The position numbers were made by a program, and so were the translations under genes. Positions 39,122-49,600 of a DNA stretch of 64,000 nucleotides are shown here, in pieces. This stretch comes from an uncultured bacterium. Lineage in GTDB: Bacteria > Bacteroidota > Rhodothermia > Balneolales > DATFMH01. Every line of letters begins with the position of its first letter. Position 1 is the first letter of the stretch. The notes beneath the pieces are model-generated. The model ran no database searches. It was not told the origin of the DNA and worked only from the letters and a program-made list of their open reading frames with translations. The DNA is taken from the NCBI GenBank assembly GCA_963783355.1, contig CAWANF010000007.1, forward strand, positions 156,192 to 220,191, in the 5' to 3' direction.

Positions 39122-39895
39122 ATGAATACTAATACACTAAAAACCGAATTGAACGATCATATTTTCTGGGCCCGCATCGACCGTCCCGAGACACTGAATG
39201 CCATCGATTTTGATACGATGGAAGAAATAGAAAAAATCCTCGATTCGCTGGAAAACAATTCAGATATCCGGGTATTCATCTTAAGCGGGAATGGAAATGA
39301 GCATTTTACCTCCGGGGGTGATTTGCGAAAATTCTCAAAACTCACTAATGAAGATGACGGTCGTCTCATGGCCCGCAGAATGGCTCAAATCCTGGAACGG
39401 ATTGAAGCGCTGGAATGCTGGACCATCGCCTGTATCAACGGGAACGCATACGGAGGTGGATGTGAAACAACTCTTGCTTTTGATTTTCGGATAGCCACTA
39501 ATAATGCACGGCTGGGATTCACACAAGGCCGTTTTTATCTGCCGCCCGGCTGGGGCGGCATGACCAGACTGGTCGAATTGGTAGGACGAAGCACGGCACT
39601 TGAATGGCTGGGAAGCCAGGCCATTATCAATTCGGAAACGGCTCAGATGCATGGACTGATCAATCATATCGTTTCTTCCGGGCAACTCGAATCCTTCACC
39701 GTAGATTTTGCTAAAAAGTTATGCGCCAACGATCGCAATTATATCGGCTCGTTAAAAGCACTGGCACGCCATGCCTACCTGGATGAACGGGAAATATCTT
39801 TTGCACATGAATTAGAGATATTCAGCAAGTTTTGGGATACTCAAGAGCATTTTGATCGGTTAGATAAATTCCTCAAGCGTAAAAAAAACCAATAA
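39122..39895 (+). CDS. Enoyl-CoA hydratase/isomerase (crotonase) family protein
   Basis: RPE.LNAI, FTSGGDL, ING.AYGGGCE, PGWGG. Confidence 0.9.
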   Translation: MNTNTLKTELNDHIFWARIDRPETLNAIDFDTMEEIEKILDSLENNSDIRVFILSGNGNEHFTSGGDLRKFSKLTNEDDGRLMARRMAQILERIEALECWTIACINGNAYGGGCETTLAFDFRIATNNARLGFTQGRFYLPPGWGGMTRLVELVGRSTALEWLGSQAIINSETAQMHGLINHIVSSGQLESFTVDFAKKLCANDRNYIGSLKALARHAYLDEREISFAHELEIFSKFWDTQEHFDRLDKFLKRKKNQ

Positions 39896-39901
39896 TAAAA
39901 A

Positions 39902-41173
39902 TTATTTTTCAGCCGGAATTTTCTCCCGTAATTTCATAGACGTTTCGTACAGGTGATTATTTCTGAGAATAACCATTTTGACCGTTTGCCCTACATGAAA
40001 TTCCCGTAATAAAGCCTCATAATGCGTATAGCTGTAAATCCTCTCATTCCCAATTTCAACCAGGACATCGCCGGGTAAAATTCCCGCTTTATACGCCGGT
40101 CCGTCTTTATTCACACTATACACAAAAACTCCACCCTGAATAGCCGGAAGATTGTACTTGTAAGCTGTTTCCATTGTGATGGGTTTTACCTCAAATCCCG
40201 GATCATAACCCAGGCTCACTTTGCCTTTATTTTTCAGCTGAGATATTATTTTCACAACCGTATTGCTCGGAATGGCGAATCCAAGTCCCACGAAACCACT
40301 GCTGGTCCCGCCGGTATAAATGAACGTATTAATCCCGATAACCTGGCCCAGCGAATTGACTAATGGTCCGCCGGAATTACCGCTGTTAATAGCCGCATCG
40401 GTTTGAATCATATCCAGATAAGCCCGTGGTTGTTCCGGATCCGGTTTAAAATCCCGTTTTACGGCACTCACTACTCCCACGGTAACCGAAGGCTGGCCAT
40501 TTTCGAAAAGGCCGAATGGATTTCCCATAGCTATACACCATTCACCGACAATAGCTTTGTCAGAATCACCAAAATGGGCATATGTCAGTTTATGTTTGGG
40601 ATTGATTTTCAACAGAGCCAAATCTGCATATTCATCCTGGCCAATTATTTTGGCATCGTAGCTCTTATTGCCAGAAAGGGTAACAACCACTTTAGAAGGA
40701 TTGTTGCCAATCACATGCTGGTTGGTTACGATATATCCATCCGGGCTGATAATAAATCCAGAACCAAGGCTTTTAAATCGATGAACCTGGTCAGGTGTCT
40801 TAAAAAAGAAATCAAAAAAAGGATTATAATTTAACTGTCCCTTTTCTTTCACTTCCTCAATAACACTGACACTCACCACCGCCGGACTCACTTCTTTCAC
40901 GGCACGCGTAATGGCATTATGCCGGCTGTCTGTGATATCATTACTGGCAAGTTGCCGTTTATTGTTGACTTCATTTCGTCCGACCGTATTTTCCGTGGAT
41001 TCCTGTACCGCTTTCGCGGTAATAGGAGTCAGCGTATCCGGCAGGGCAATATTACTTTTGGCTTTGCCGGATTGCGTATTGGAACCAGCCTGATGGTTGC
41101 AGCTTATAAAACCAAATACCAGGATTACCAAAATGCCCCAAAATGATTTATTTGGCTTTAAACCGGTTTTCAT
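39902..41173 (-). CDS. htrA: HtrA/DegP-family serine protease, single PDZ, lipoprotein signal
   Basis: GSGFII, TNQHV, DLALLK, IQTDAAINSGNSGGPL, PDZ GPAYKAGI; FISC lipobox-like. Confidence 0.92.
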   Translation of the reverse strand: MKTGLKPNKSFWGILVILVFGFISCNHQAGSNTQSGKAKSNIALPDTLTPITAKAVQESTENTVGRNEVNNKRQLASNDITDSRHNAITRAVKEVSPAVVSVSVIEEVKEKGQLNYNPFFDFFFKTPDQVHRFKSLGSGFIISPDGYIVTNQHVIGNNPSKVVVTLSGNKSYDAKIIGQDEYADLALLKINPKHKLTYAHFGDSDKAIVGEWCIAMGNPFGLFENGQPSVTVGVVSAVKRDFKPDPEQPRAYLDMIQTDAAINSGNSGGPLVNSLGQVIGINTFIYTGGTSSGFVGLGFAIPSNTVVKIISQLKNKGKVSLGYDPGFEVKPITMETAYKYNLPAIQGGVFVYSVNKDGPAYKAGILPGDVLVEIGNERIYSYTHYEALLREFHVGQTVKMVILRNNHLYETSMKLREKIPAEK

Positions 41174-41194
41174 AAATTTGCTCTCTTCTTAATT

Positions 41195-42172
41195 TCAGGA
41201 TTTTATAGCTGTTAATTGTTCCATGCCCGCTTCTATCACTTCCTTTTTAGCCAGTTTAAGCGGGCCCTGATGCCATGCACCGGCAGCTCGTTTGTGTCCG
41301 CCGCCATTAAATATCCTTGCCCAAACATTTACTAATATATCACTTTTTGAACGAAGGCTTAATTTAACTTTTCCTTCCAGTTCACAAAACAGAACTGCGG
41401 CTTTGACGCCATCTATACTGAGCGGATAAGAAACGAAACCTTCGGTATCGGCATATGAACAGCCGGTTTCATGCAACATTTTTTCTGTAACGGTAATGGA
41501 ACCAATTTGATTGTCCGCATGTAATTCAATCGTTTCGAGGGCTTTGCCCAGCAAATGAAGCTGATTGGGTGTCCGGGTATCAAATACGGCTTCGTGAACT
41601 TCATTTGGTTTGAATTTTCCCCGTTTCAATAATTCAGCTACAATGAGATGAATTCGCGGTGTCACCGTATCAAACCGAAAAGAACCTGTATCAGTAGCAA
41701 GACCGGTATAAATGGCTTTTGCAGCATGTTCATCCAACAAATTCAAATCGGTCGCTTCATATAAATCATAAACCAGTTCAGCGGTCGAGGAGGCAGTGTC
41801 TACCGAATATGTTTCTGTAAAAATATCATCCGGATCGGGATGATGATCAATGAGATATGCCGGTTTTTCCGATTGCAGTACCTCGTGACCCACATCTCCG
41901 AATCGATTCACATTATTACCGTCCATAAAAACAAACGCTTCACACTCATCCGCCAATGCAACAGTTGGACGCAAAATCTCAAAGTAATCGCTCAGCCAAT
42001 GAATATTTGAAGGTGGCTCGTCTACGTTAAAAGCATAAACATTTATATTATTTTTAACCGCCCACAAGCAAAAAGCTATCTGAGAACCTATGGCATCACC
42101 ATCCGGACGGATGTGTGAAAAAACACCAATTTTTTTATGGCTTTTAATTTTTTGAACCAGATTTTTCAACAT
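41195..42172 (-). CDS. nrnA: DHH-family oligoribonuclease/PAP phosphatase
   Basis: HIRPDGDAIGS, IDHH, TDTGSFRF, SLRS, GGGH..AAG. Confidence 0.93.
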   Translation of the reverse strand: MLKNLVQKIKSHKKIGVFSHIRPDGDAIGSQIAFCLWAVKNNINVYAFNVDEPPSNIHWLSDYFEILRPTVALADECEAFVFMDGNNVNRFGDVGHEVLQSEKPAYLIDHHPDPDDIFTETYSVDTASSTAELVYDLYEATDLNLLDEHAAKAIYTGLATDTGSFRFDTVTPRIHLIVAELLKRGKFKPNEVHEAVFDTRTPNQLHLLGKALETIELHADNQIGSITVTEKMLHETGCSYADTEGFVSYPLSIDGVKAAVLFCELEGKVKLSLRSKSDILVNVWARIFNGGGHKRAAGAWHQGPLKLAKKEVIEAGMEQLTAIKS

Positions 42173-42355
42173 GATATTTCGAAAATCCGTTAATGATACA
42201 CGAGAATAAAACGTCCCGGCAGAAATTTATTATGTAAAATAGCTTATTAAGATCCGGTAATCCTCAAACTAAAGCAATCCTTAGTTATGAATTCGCTTAT
42301 TCTTGCTATATTTTTGCATTTTATCAGTCAGCAGTAGGTTAAATTAGTTAATACA

Positions 42356-42991
42356 ATGTACAACAAACGAGCTGTTATATTATGCGATGGTGAACCGCCG
42401 GTAAAAAACCTGCTTTCGGAAGAGATCTGTATCAGTGATCTATTTATTGCCGCAGATGGTGGTGCCCAAACAGCTATTGGTTTTGACATTTTACCTGATG
42501 TTATTATCGGGGATATGGATAGTTTTACGGATTATAATCCTAAAACGTATCCGGTCATCAAAGATGCAGACCAGGAAACGAACGACCTGGAGAAAGCGCT
42601 CAATTATGCTTTAGAAAATGAAGTTTCGCAGATTACCGTGCTGGGTGCCACAGGTAAACGCATCGATCATACACTGAAAAATCTCTCCGTTTTAAAACAA
42701 TTTACTTCCAAATTCTCATCTATTTATTTCAAGGACACTTACGGTATCTATTTTATACTTCCTAAAATTTATAAACTAAATGAACCGGTTGGAACCGTCA
42801 TCTCCCTGTTCCCATTATCCGGCGTTGTCACTGGAATCCGTACAGAAGGGCTTAAATTTCCACTCAACGAAGAAAGTCTCGAAAACGGTGTCCGGGACGG
42901 ATCTTCCAACGAAATAAGCCATTATCCGGCACAGATTAGTCATGAAGATGGAGATTTGCTTATATTCATCGGTCATCACCCGAATATTTAA
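42356..42991 (+). CDS. thiN: Thiamine pyrophosphokinase
   Basis: IAADGGA, IGDMDS, DQETNDLEKAL, GATGKRIDH, GLKFPL, GSSN. Confidence 0.94.
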   Translation: MYNKRAVILCDGEPPVKNLLSEEICISDLFIAADGGAQTAIGFDILPDVIIGDMDSFTDYNPKTYPVIKDADQETNDLEKALNYALENEVSQITVLGATGKRIDHTLKNLSVLKQFTSKFSSIYFKDTYGIYFILPKIYKLNEPVGTVISLFPLSGVVTGIRTEGLKFPLNEESLENGVRDGSSNEISHYPAQISHEDGDLLIFIGHHPNI

Positions 42992-43029
42992 ATACAAATC
43001 CATTATCCCAAAGACCACATCCTGAAACT

Positions 43030-44461
43030 GTGACACTGAAATTCAGCATTGCCGACTGGTTCATCATTCTCGCTTATGTTGCAGGTATCATCTGGTTGAG
43101 TATCCGGAAGAACTGGCAGGATATGGACGAAGAAGCATTCCTGCTGTCGGGACGTAAAATGACTTTGCCGGCCTTTATCGCAACCTTAGTTTCGACCTGG
43201 TATGGAGGCATTTTAGGCGTCGGAGAATATGTTTATCAATTCGGTGTCTCCGAATGGCTGATACTGGCCATGCCTTATTATATCTTTTCATTGCTTTTTG
43301 CTGTTTTCCTGGCTGAGAAAATACGAAGTAATCCGGCATTATCGATCCCCGAGGCTATCAGCAACCAATATGGTAAAAAAGCGGGTGGAGCTTCGGCAAT
43401 CTCTGTATTTATCCTCATCAGTCCGGCTCCTTATATCCTGATGCTGGGTGTTCTCTTGCAATATATGTTTGGCGGTGCCGGACACATCATCCTGTATTCC
43501 GTCATTGCTTCCCTTTTCACCATTATTTATGTGAGTTTCGGTGGCTTTGATTCGGTAGTCAAAACAGACGACCTGCAGGTTATTTTGATGTATGCCGGTT
43601 TCTTTGTCCTGTTGTTTTTTGCCATGTATACTTTCGGGAGCCCGGTCAGGCTCTGGCATACGCTCCCGTCTTCATTCAAAGATATTTCGGGGGGACATTC
43701 AATCCAGTACATCCTGGTCTGGTTTTTCATTGCACTCTGGACCTTCGTCGATCCGAGTTTCCACCAACGGGCAGCAGCAGCTAAGACCCCGCAGATAGCC
43801 AAACGCGGTATCTTCTATTCCATCCTGTTATGGATGTTATTCGATTTTCTCACGCTCACCTGCGGACTCTACGGCATCCAAGATTCTCGGTTCAATCAAA
43901 CAGCCGCTGATGATCTATCCCTTTATGGCTGATAAAATCCTGCCATCTGGCATCCGGGGTTTATTTTATGTCGCCCTGCTGGCCACCATCATGTCGACGC
44001 TGGACAGCTACCTTTTTCTTGCCGGCCAGACCCTGGGCAGGGACCTGCTTATCAAACTGTTTCCCAAAGCGAAACGTGTATTACTGAGCCGGATCAGCAT
44101 CACGCTGGCAGCGGTTTTGGGTATCCTGTTGATCATCGCTTATCCAAGTGTAATTTCATTGTGGTATGTCATTGGTTCCGCGATGATACCGGGCATACTC
44201 ATACCTGTACTCGGAATTTATTTACCAATCTTTCGCCTTAAAAAGAAATACGTGGTTCCCACGATCGTTTTCTGTACGCTTATTTCCGTTCTCTGGCTGC
44301 TCCTCGGAAGTTTCCATGAAACAGAATCCTACTCCGAGGCTTTTCTCGGGATCGAACCTTTTTATCCAGGGTTAGCCTTAAGCATCATTCTATGGCTTTT
44401 CGGTCGTGACCGGCATGCTACCGACACGGTGATGAGCCTCGAAACATCTAATCCGGAATAA
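43030..44461 (+). pseudogene. Sodium:solute symporter (SSS) family, split by an apparent 1-nt insertion near 43873-43879 (pseudogene or sequencing error)
   Basis: ORF 43030..43932 has SSS N-half motifs (F.L.GR, TLVSTWYGG, GG..SVVKTD, QR..AAK). ORF 43910..44461 in the +1 frame has LLATIMSTLDS. Removing one base gives a single 476-aa ORF. Confidence 0.8.
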
Positions 44462-44521
44462 AGAGACTATTTACCCGAATATTTCTCATTTCAGACTGAT
44501 AGTATTTTCCATAGCTGGGTT

Positions 44522-45016
44522 TTATTGCAAAACGAGCAGTATTATCAATAATAAGGCTGTAAGGTTCGAAAATGTTGTCCTGATTAAGTTCCATCGGACC
44601 CATCTTTTTTCAAATTGCTGACGGGCTATTTGCCGTTCAGCGCCGTCCATGGTATTGACATCCAATATCTGCAATTTGTTATTTAATGGTACATTGATAG
44701 TTCCTGTTGGTACCTGTACACCTGCCAGATAGAAAAGAACAGCTATTATCATCAATATCATTTCTATACCATACAGTTCACCAATACTTAGTACAGCCGA
44801 AATTATTAAAATTATTATCGAACCAATCCAGACTATCATAAAAATTGGCTGATTATTTTGAATAATGTGATCCATAACCTGAAATGCCCGAATAAACTCA
44901 CGATCATTCAGACTTCTGATACCCGGCATAACTACTATTGCAAATGAAAATAAAAAACCTCCAACAAGAGAACACAGAAATGCTGCCAGGATTAGAGTGA
45001 TTTGAAATATGCCCAT
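44522..45016 (-). CDS. DUF1772 (anthrone oxygenase-like) membrane protein
   Basis: GFLFSF...VMPG, NVPLNN, FE.RW..WN..RT. Confidence 0.85.
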   Translation of the reverse strand: MGIFQITLILAAFLCSLVGGFLFSFAIVVMPGIRSLNDREFIRAFQVMDHIIQNNQPIFMIVWIGSIIILIISAVLSIGELYGIEMILMIIAVLFYLAGVQVPTGTINVPLNNKLQILDVNTMDGAERQIARQQFEKRWVRWNLIRTTFSNLTALLLIILLVLQ

Positions 45017-45180
45017 AATTCGTCCCTTTGAACTGGTTTATTCAGTTGTAAAGCCTAAAATGAGTATGGGTTACAGGTAACTATTCCCAAAAAAACAATA
45101 TTTGTCATTCCTGCAGATTTTTGTAATTCGTTACCTGTCTCCCAAAATATATCCTGTCATTTGCACTGGAATTGGAAAGA

Positions 45181-45450
45181 CTACATCCCGGACAGGGCTC
45201 TTGCTATGTCTTCATCCTCAATAACCACATGAATATGCTGATCTACCAAGTCAGCCCATGACAGTACATACTGGGAGAAAGCAACCGGGTCATCGGCTTC
45301 ATAAAGTGCAAATCCGTCGCCTGAACCTAATTCGTGCCATCGGCCTATTTGTTTTACACCTGCCGGAACTTTAGGAGGATTTTTGGTAAAACGTTCAACA
45401 GCATCATGATACATCTCTTCTTTTATGCTCCATCTTGTCATATACAGCAT
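45181..45450 (-). CDS. DUF3303-like small protein
   Basis: MLYM..W, P.GVK.IGRWH..G...G...EADD, W.DL, V..DE. Confidence 0.8.
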   Translation of the reverse strand: MLYMTRWSIKEEMYHDAVERFTKNPPKVPAGVKQIGRWHELGSGDGFALYEADDPVAFSQYVLSWADLVDQHIHVVIEDEDIARALSGM

Positions 45451-45636
45451 AGCTTACCTCATTTTTAAGATTAAGAATAAGGGGAAGCCAATCCATTTTA
45501 AAATATAATATCAATGATCGGACGGAGCTTATTACAAGTTTATAATAAATAAAATCAATTACTTATTGACATTGAATATAATTTCAAAATCACAATAATG
45601 TCACATAAAAAGGATTAAAAAAACATGCATACGTCA

Positions 45637-45681
45637 TGGTGAGTTACCGGGTATTCTGATTGCCCGGTAGCCGCATCACCA
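45637..45681 (-). terminator. Long hairpin directly after the comEA-porX-tsaE-hyp cluster
   Basis: taccggg/cccggta inner stem plus tggtga/tcacca outer stem; no adjacent U-tract. Confidence 0.45.
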
Positions 45682-45682
45682 C

Positions 45683-45967
45683 TTATCGCTGTTTTAAGAT
45701 GTGCGATAGATTCAACTTATGAATAGGAATTAAATACTTCGATTCGAATGCATCTTTATGGATTCCCAGCTCTCCGGTACCGCGAAAATCAACCACACAA
45801 AACGATTCAAGCATATTAACGATTTCGCCAATTCCATAAAATTCAGGGCAGGGGCCATAATAAACAAGATCGCCAAGGGATAAGTCGTTATTCGCCCTTC
45901 TGTAATACGGCAGGATTACAGGAAGCCGGTCTATCCGGTAGGGTAGATTTTTTTTCTGACTTTCCAT
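45683..45967 (-). CDS. Hypothetical protein, possible SH3/Tudor-like beta-barrel
   Basis: LSLGDLVYY...YGIGEIV.....CVVDF pattern; 21 bp downstream of tsaE. Confidence 0.7.
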   Translation of the reverse strand: MESQKKNLPYRIDRLPVILPYYRRANNDLSLGDLVYYGPCPEFYGIGEIVNMLESFCVVDFRGTGELGIHKDAFESKYLIPIHKLNLSHILKQR

Positions 45968-45988
45968 AATGAGCGTTCAATATAAAGC

Positions 45989-46453
45989 TTATTTTTCAAT
46001 TAATCGGAAAAAAATCTGTCTCTGGTTGTCTCCCATATGCTTTATATCAATCCAGAGAGCATCTTTTGGTATGATTCCCAAAGCTTTTTCCGGCCATTCC
46101 ACAAAACAAATTCCATCCGAATAAAAATATTCTTCAGCACCAATATCCAGAGCTTCTTCTTCTGATTTCAATCGATAAAAATCAAAATGAAAAACGGGAA
46201 CCTGTCCTTCCCGGTATTCATGAATCAGTGTAAACGTTGGTGAACTTACAGTATCGGGGTTAATCCCGAAGGAAGCGGCGATCCCCTTTACAAAATGGGT
46301 TTTACCAGCTCCAAGATCACCATGTAAACATACGATGTCGCCCGGCTGTAAACAAGCTGCCAGAGACGCGGCTATTTCGTACGTTTCTCGTACAGATGTT
46401 GTTTCAACAGGTTTTTTAAGAAACGGCTTTATTCGGTCCTTAATTGTGATCAA
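45989..46453 (-). CDS. tsaE: tRNA threonylcarbamoyladenosine biosynthesis ATPase
   Basis: GDLGAGKT, VSSPTFTL, HFDFYRL, VEWP. Confidence 0.95.
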   Translation of the reverse strand: MITIKDRIKPFLKKPVETTSVRETYEIAASLAACLQPGDIVCLHGDLGAGKTHFVKGIAASFGINPDTVSSPTFTLIHEYREGQVPVFHFDFYRLKSEEEALDIGAEEYFYSDGICFVEWPEKALGIIPKDALWIDIKHMGDNQRQIFFRLIEK

Positions 46454-46483
46454 TTTGCAGTGTTATTCTTATCGGATTAATAT

Positions 46484-48031
46484 TTACCGCTTTTTCATGG
46501 TAACCACCGGCAGGATCATTTCTTCCATTGATGCACCGCCATGTTGAAATGTATCTTTATATTTATTCTGGTAGCGGTGATAATTTGTCGGGTAGACAAA
46601 ATAGTAATCTTCTTTGGCAAATATGTAATTTGTGATCACACCGCCTCTGGGAAGTTTATAATCTGAAGGATTGTTCACGAATATTGCTGAATCTTTATTG
46701 GCTTTAAGATTCCGGCCGTATTTATACCGCAGGCTGGTGGAAGTATCGCGATCTCCCAGCACTTTAGTATCCCGCAAAGCCCGGACCGAACCGTGATCGG
46801 TTGTCACAACGATGGTAACATCCTGATCCGCCAGTGTTCTAAAAATTTCCAGCAACGTGGAATGGGCAAACCAGGTTTTGGTGAGCGCGCGAAACGCGGG
46901 AACATCCGGGGCTATCTCTTTCAGGATATCCGAATCGGAACGGGAATGAACGAGCGTATCTACAAAGTTGAAAACGAACGCACTCAACGGAGACTGAATA
47001 TAATTCAGGATGCGATCAGCAACCTTTCGGCCTTCATCGCTTTGCAGTACTTTCTCATATTTTGGAGTTATCCGATAATTCAGGCGCTTCAGCTGAAGTT
47101 GAAGAAGTTGTTCTTCGTATTTATTTAACGACGATTCGTTATCGTCTCCCGCATCCCATAAACGGGGATAAAATTTTTCAATATCAATTGGATACAAACC
47201 GGAAAATATCGCATTCCGGGCGTAAGGGGTAGCCGTCGGAAGAATCGAATAATAGAAATCAGTCGTGATGGAATAAAACGGCGATAACAAACTTTCAAAG
47301 ACCAGCCACTGATCATAACGCATGCAGTCGATTACAAAAAATACCGTCGTTTCCCCGGCATCCAGATGAGGAGCCACATATTCCCTGAAAATATCCGGTG
47401 ACAGTAACGGGCGTTCCGGAATATCCGATTTCAACCAGTACAGATATTCCTTTTCAATAAAACGTCCGAATTCCCGGTTCGCCTGTAGTTTCTGATCATC
47501 CAGAACCTGCCGGAGCGCTTCGTCACCGCCCTCCAGTTCGATATCCCAGCGAGTCAGACTCTGATAAATATCGATCCATTCATTCCAGTCCACATCACCG
47601 GTCATCCTGCTTGTCAGTTCATTAAAACCCCGTAAATACGTCTGGGAAGATTTCTCATTCCGGAGCCGGTTGCGATCCAGGATTTTCTTAATCGTCAGTA
47701 AAATCTGGTTTGGATTAACCGGTTTGATCAGGTAATCGGAAATTTTTGACCCGATGGCATCTTCCATGATCGCCTCTTCCTCACTCTTGGTAATCATCAC
47801 CACAGGTAAGGCCGGCTGCATCTGTTTTAGAGCGGATAAAGTAGCCAATCCATCCATACCGGGCATATGCTCATCCAAAAACACAATGTCGAAAACTTTT
47901 TCACGAACCATCGTGATGGCATCGTCCCCATTGGTGACGGGAGTCACGTCAAAACCTTTCTGCTCCAAAAAAATCATGTGGGGACGCAGCTGCTCTATCT
48001 CGTCATCCGCCCAAAGTATATTTGTTCTCAT
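46484..48031 (-). CDS. porX: Response regulator with PglZ/alkaline-phosphatase domain (PorX)
   Basis: Receiver [68 protein letters not shown]. Confidence 0.92.
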   Translation of the reverse strand: MRTNILWADDEIEQLRPHMIFLEQKGFDVTPVTNGDDAITMVREKVFDIVFLDEHMPGMDGLATLSALKQMQPALPVVMITKSEEEAIMEDAIGSKISDYLIKPVNPNQILLTIKKILDRNRLRNEKSSQTYLRGFNELTSRMTGDVDWNEWIDIYQSLTRWDIELEGGDEALRQVLDDQKLQANREFGRFIEKEYLYWLKSDIPERPLLSPDIFREYVAPHLDAGETTVFFVIDCMRYDQWLVFESLLSPFYSITTDFYYSILPTATPYARNAIFSGLYPIDIEKFYPRLWDAGDDNESSLNKYEEQLLQLQLKRLNYRITPKYEKVLQSDEGRKVADRILNYIQSPLSAFVFNFVDTLVHSRSDSDILKEIAPDVPAFRALTKTWFAHSTLLEIFRTLADQDVTIVVTTDHGSVRALRDTKVLGDRDTSTSLRYKYGRNLKANKDSAIFVNNPSDYKLPRGGVITNYIFAKEDYYFVYPTNYHRYQNKYKDTFQHGGASMEEMILPVVTMKKR

Positions 48032-48049
48032 AAACGCTGGTTTCAAAAT

Positions 48050-48595
48050 TTACGGCCTCTTTAACCGTAAATATGGTTTCATTTTCTCAAATTTCTTCTT
48101 TCCGATGCCCTTGACCCTCATAATACTCGATAATGTTGAAAAGGACCCGTGTTCTTTCCTGTAAACTATAATTTTTTTCGCTGTTTTGGGACCTATCCCC
48201 GACAGAAGCATTAATTTTTTTTTATTCGCCGTATTAATATTAATACTTTGTCGTTTTAATGATTTTTTATTTCTCTTTTTTGATGATTTTGCTGCGTTTA
48301 GGTTCCGCGACTTATTATGATGAAACGCCTTCGGATTGACTTTATTTTCAGCAAGCTTTTGGACCGTATAGAATTTTACTTTTCTGAGTGAATCTTTTTG
48401 ACGGGCGAGCCTGATATGCTTTTTGAATTCTTTTTCTAACGGAGCATAATACGCCGAATCGAAGGGATATTTGGGATTTATAACGAAATCAGAAACAGAC
48501 GTGATTATGAACAATACCATCGTCACCATTACCAAACGGCGCTCGCCGGGAGTGATATTCAACCGTTCAAGAAAAAAATAAAACCAGCGTCTCAT
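48050..48595 (-). CDS. comEA: ComEA-like helix-hairpin-helix DNA-binding protein
   Basis: N-terminal TM, ININTA...L..L.GIGPK.A..I..YR...G.F, V.GIG.K. Confidence 0.88.
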   Translation of the reverse strand: MRRWFYFFLERLNITPGERRLVMVTMVLFIITSVSDFVINPKYPFDSAYYAPLEKEFKKHIRLARQKDSLRKVKFYTVQKLAENKVNPKAFHHNKSRNLNAAKSSKKRNKKSLKRQSININTANKKKLMLLSGIGPKTAKKIIVYRKEHGSFSTLSSIMRVKGIGKKKFEKMKPYLRLKRP

Positions 48596-48802
48596 AAATC
48601 ATTGTCTGGGTCCGGGATTCTAATGCACCTGTTAATGGGAAACATCGGATCCATGATCCTTACAAAAAAAGAATACGGGGACCGGAAACGGGAATATGAA
48701 TGACAAATCAAACACCATCAAACTATAACACTAAAACACTCTTATTTATCATTCTGATTTGATTATTTTTCAACTACTGTTAATACCTTTTATATTCATT
48801 AA

Positions 48803-49597
48803 ATGACTTCTGAAAAACATACCTACTTATTTGGCGAACAACCCGTTAGCTACACTGTTTGGGGACAGGGACGGCCGTTGCTGGTTCTTCATGGCTGGGG
48901 AAGCAGCAGCAGGGTGATGATACCGCTGGCGCAAAATCTGGCTCATCTGAGAACCTGTTATCTTATCGATTTTCCGGGTTTCGGTGAATCACCGGTTCCT
49001 GCAAGAGCCTGGGATGTAGGTCGATACGCCGATGCCATCTGGGCCATGATTAGCGACTTAAACCTTGAAAAACCGGATTTCCTGGTTCATTCATTTGGCG
49101 GTCGTGTGACTTTAAAATTATGTTCAAGATCCGAAACCAAAAATAAAATTGGCAAAGTGCTGATTACCGGGGGCGCCGGAATGAAACCCCGCCGAAGTAT
49201 GAAATTTTATTTCAGAAAATATCTTGCTAAAACGCTGAAATTCCCATTTCAGTTACTGCCCGGAACGTTACGCGAAAAAGGCTTATCCGCATTACGGAAA
49301 ACCTCCCTGTGGAAATCGTTAGGCTCTTCCGAATATCGAACGTTAAATGGAGTGATGCGTGAAATATTTGTAAAGACCGTCACCGAATACCTGGAATCAT
49401 CGCTTCCGGATATAGATAATGAAGTCCTGCTGCTTTGGGGCAAGAATGACGACACGACTCCGTTATACCAGGCAGAGCGAATGGATAAACATCTAAAAAA
49501 CAGTGCTCTGGTAACCATCGACAACGCCGGACATTATGCATTCCTCGATCAACCCGTGCAATTTAAACTCATAGCGGAAGCATTTTTCAAAAACTAA
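48803..49597 (+). CDS. Alpha/beta hydrolase
   Basis: LHGWG, DFPGFGES, HSFGG nucleophile elbow, WG..D, AGH. Confidence 0.9.
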   Translation: MTSEKHTYLFGEQPVSYTVWGQGRPLLVLHGWGSSSRVMIPLAQNLAHLRTCYLIDFPGFGESPVPARAWDVGRYADAIWAMISDLNLEKPDFLVHSFGGRVTLKLCSRSETKNKIGKVLITGGAGMKPRRSMKFYFRKYLAKTLKFPFQLLPGTLREKGLSALRKTSLWKSLGSSEYRTLNGVMREIFVKTVTEYLESSLPDIDNEVLLLWGKNDDTTPLYQAERMDKHLKNSALVTIDNAGHYAFLDQPVQFKLIAEAFFKN

Positions 49598-49600
49598 AGC

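Noticed and set aside
42173..42355. TPP riboswitch upstream of thiN and the symporter
   Set aside because: No CTGAGA core or other TPP aptamer motifs visible
43870..43932. Programmed ribosomal frameshift in the symporter
   Set aside because: No slippery sequence or obvious stimulatory structure; a simple indel explains it
46484..48031. PglZ domain as BREX phage defence
   Set aside because: Fused to a receiver domain and next to tsaE (PorX architecture); no other brx genes
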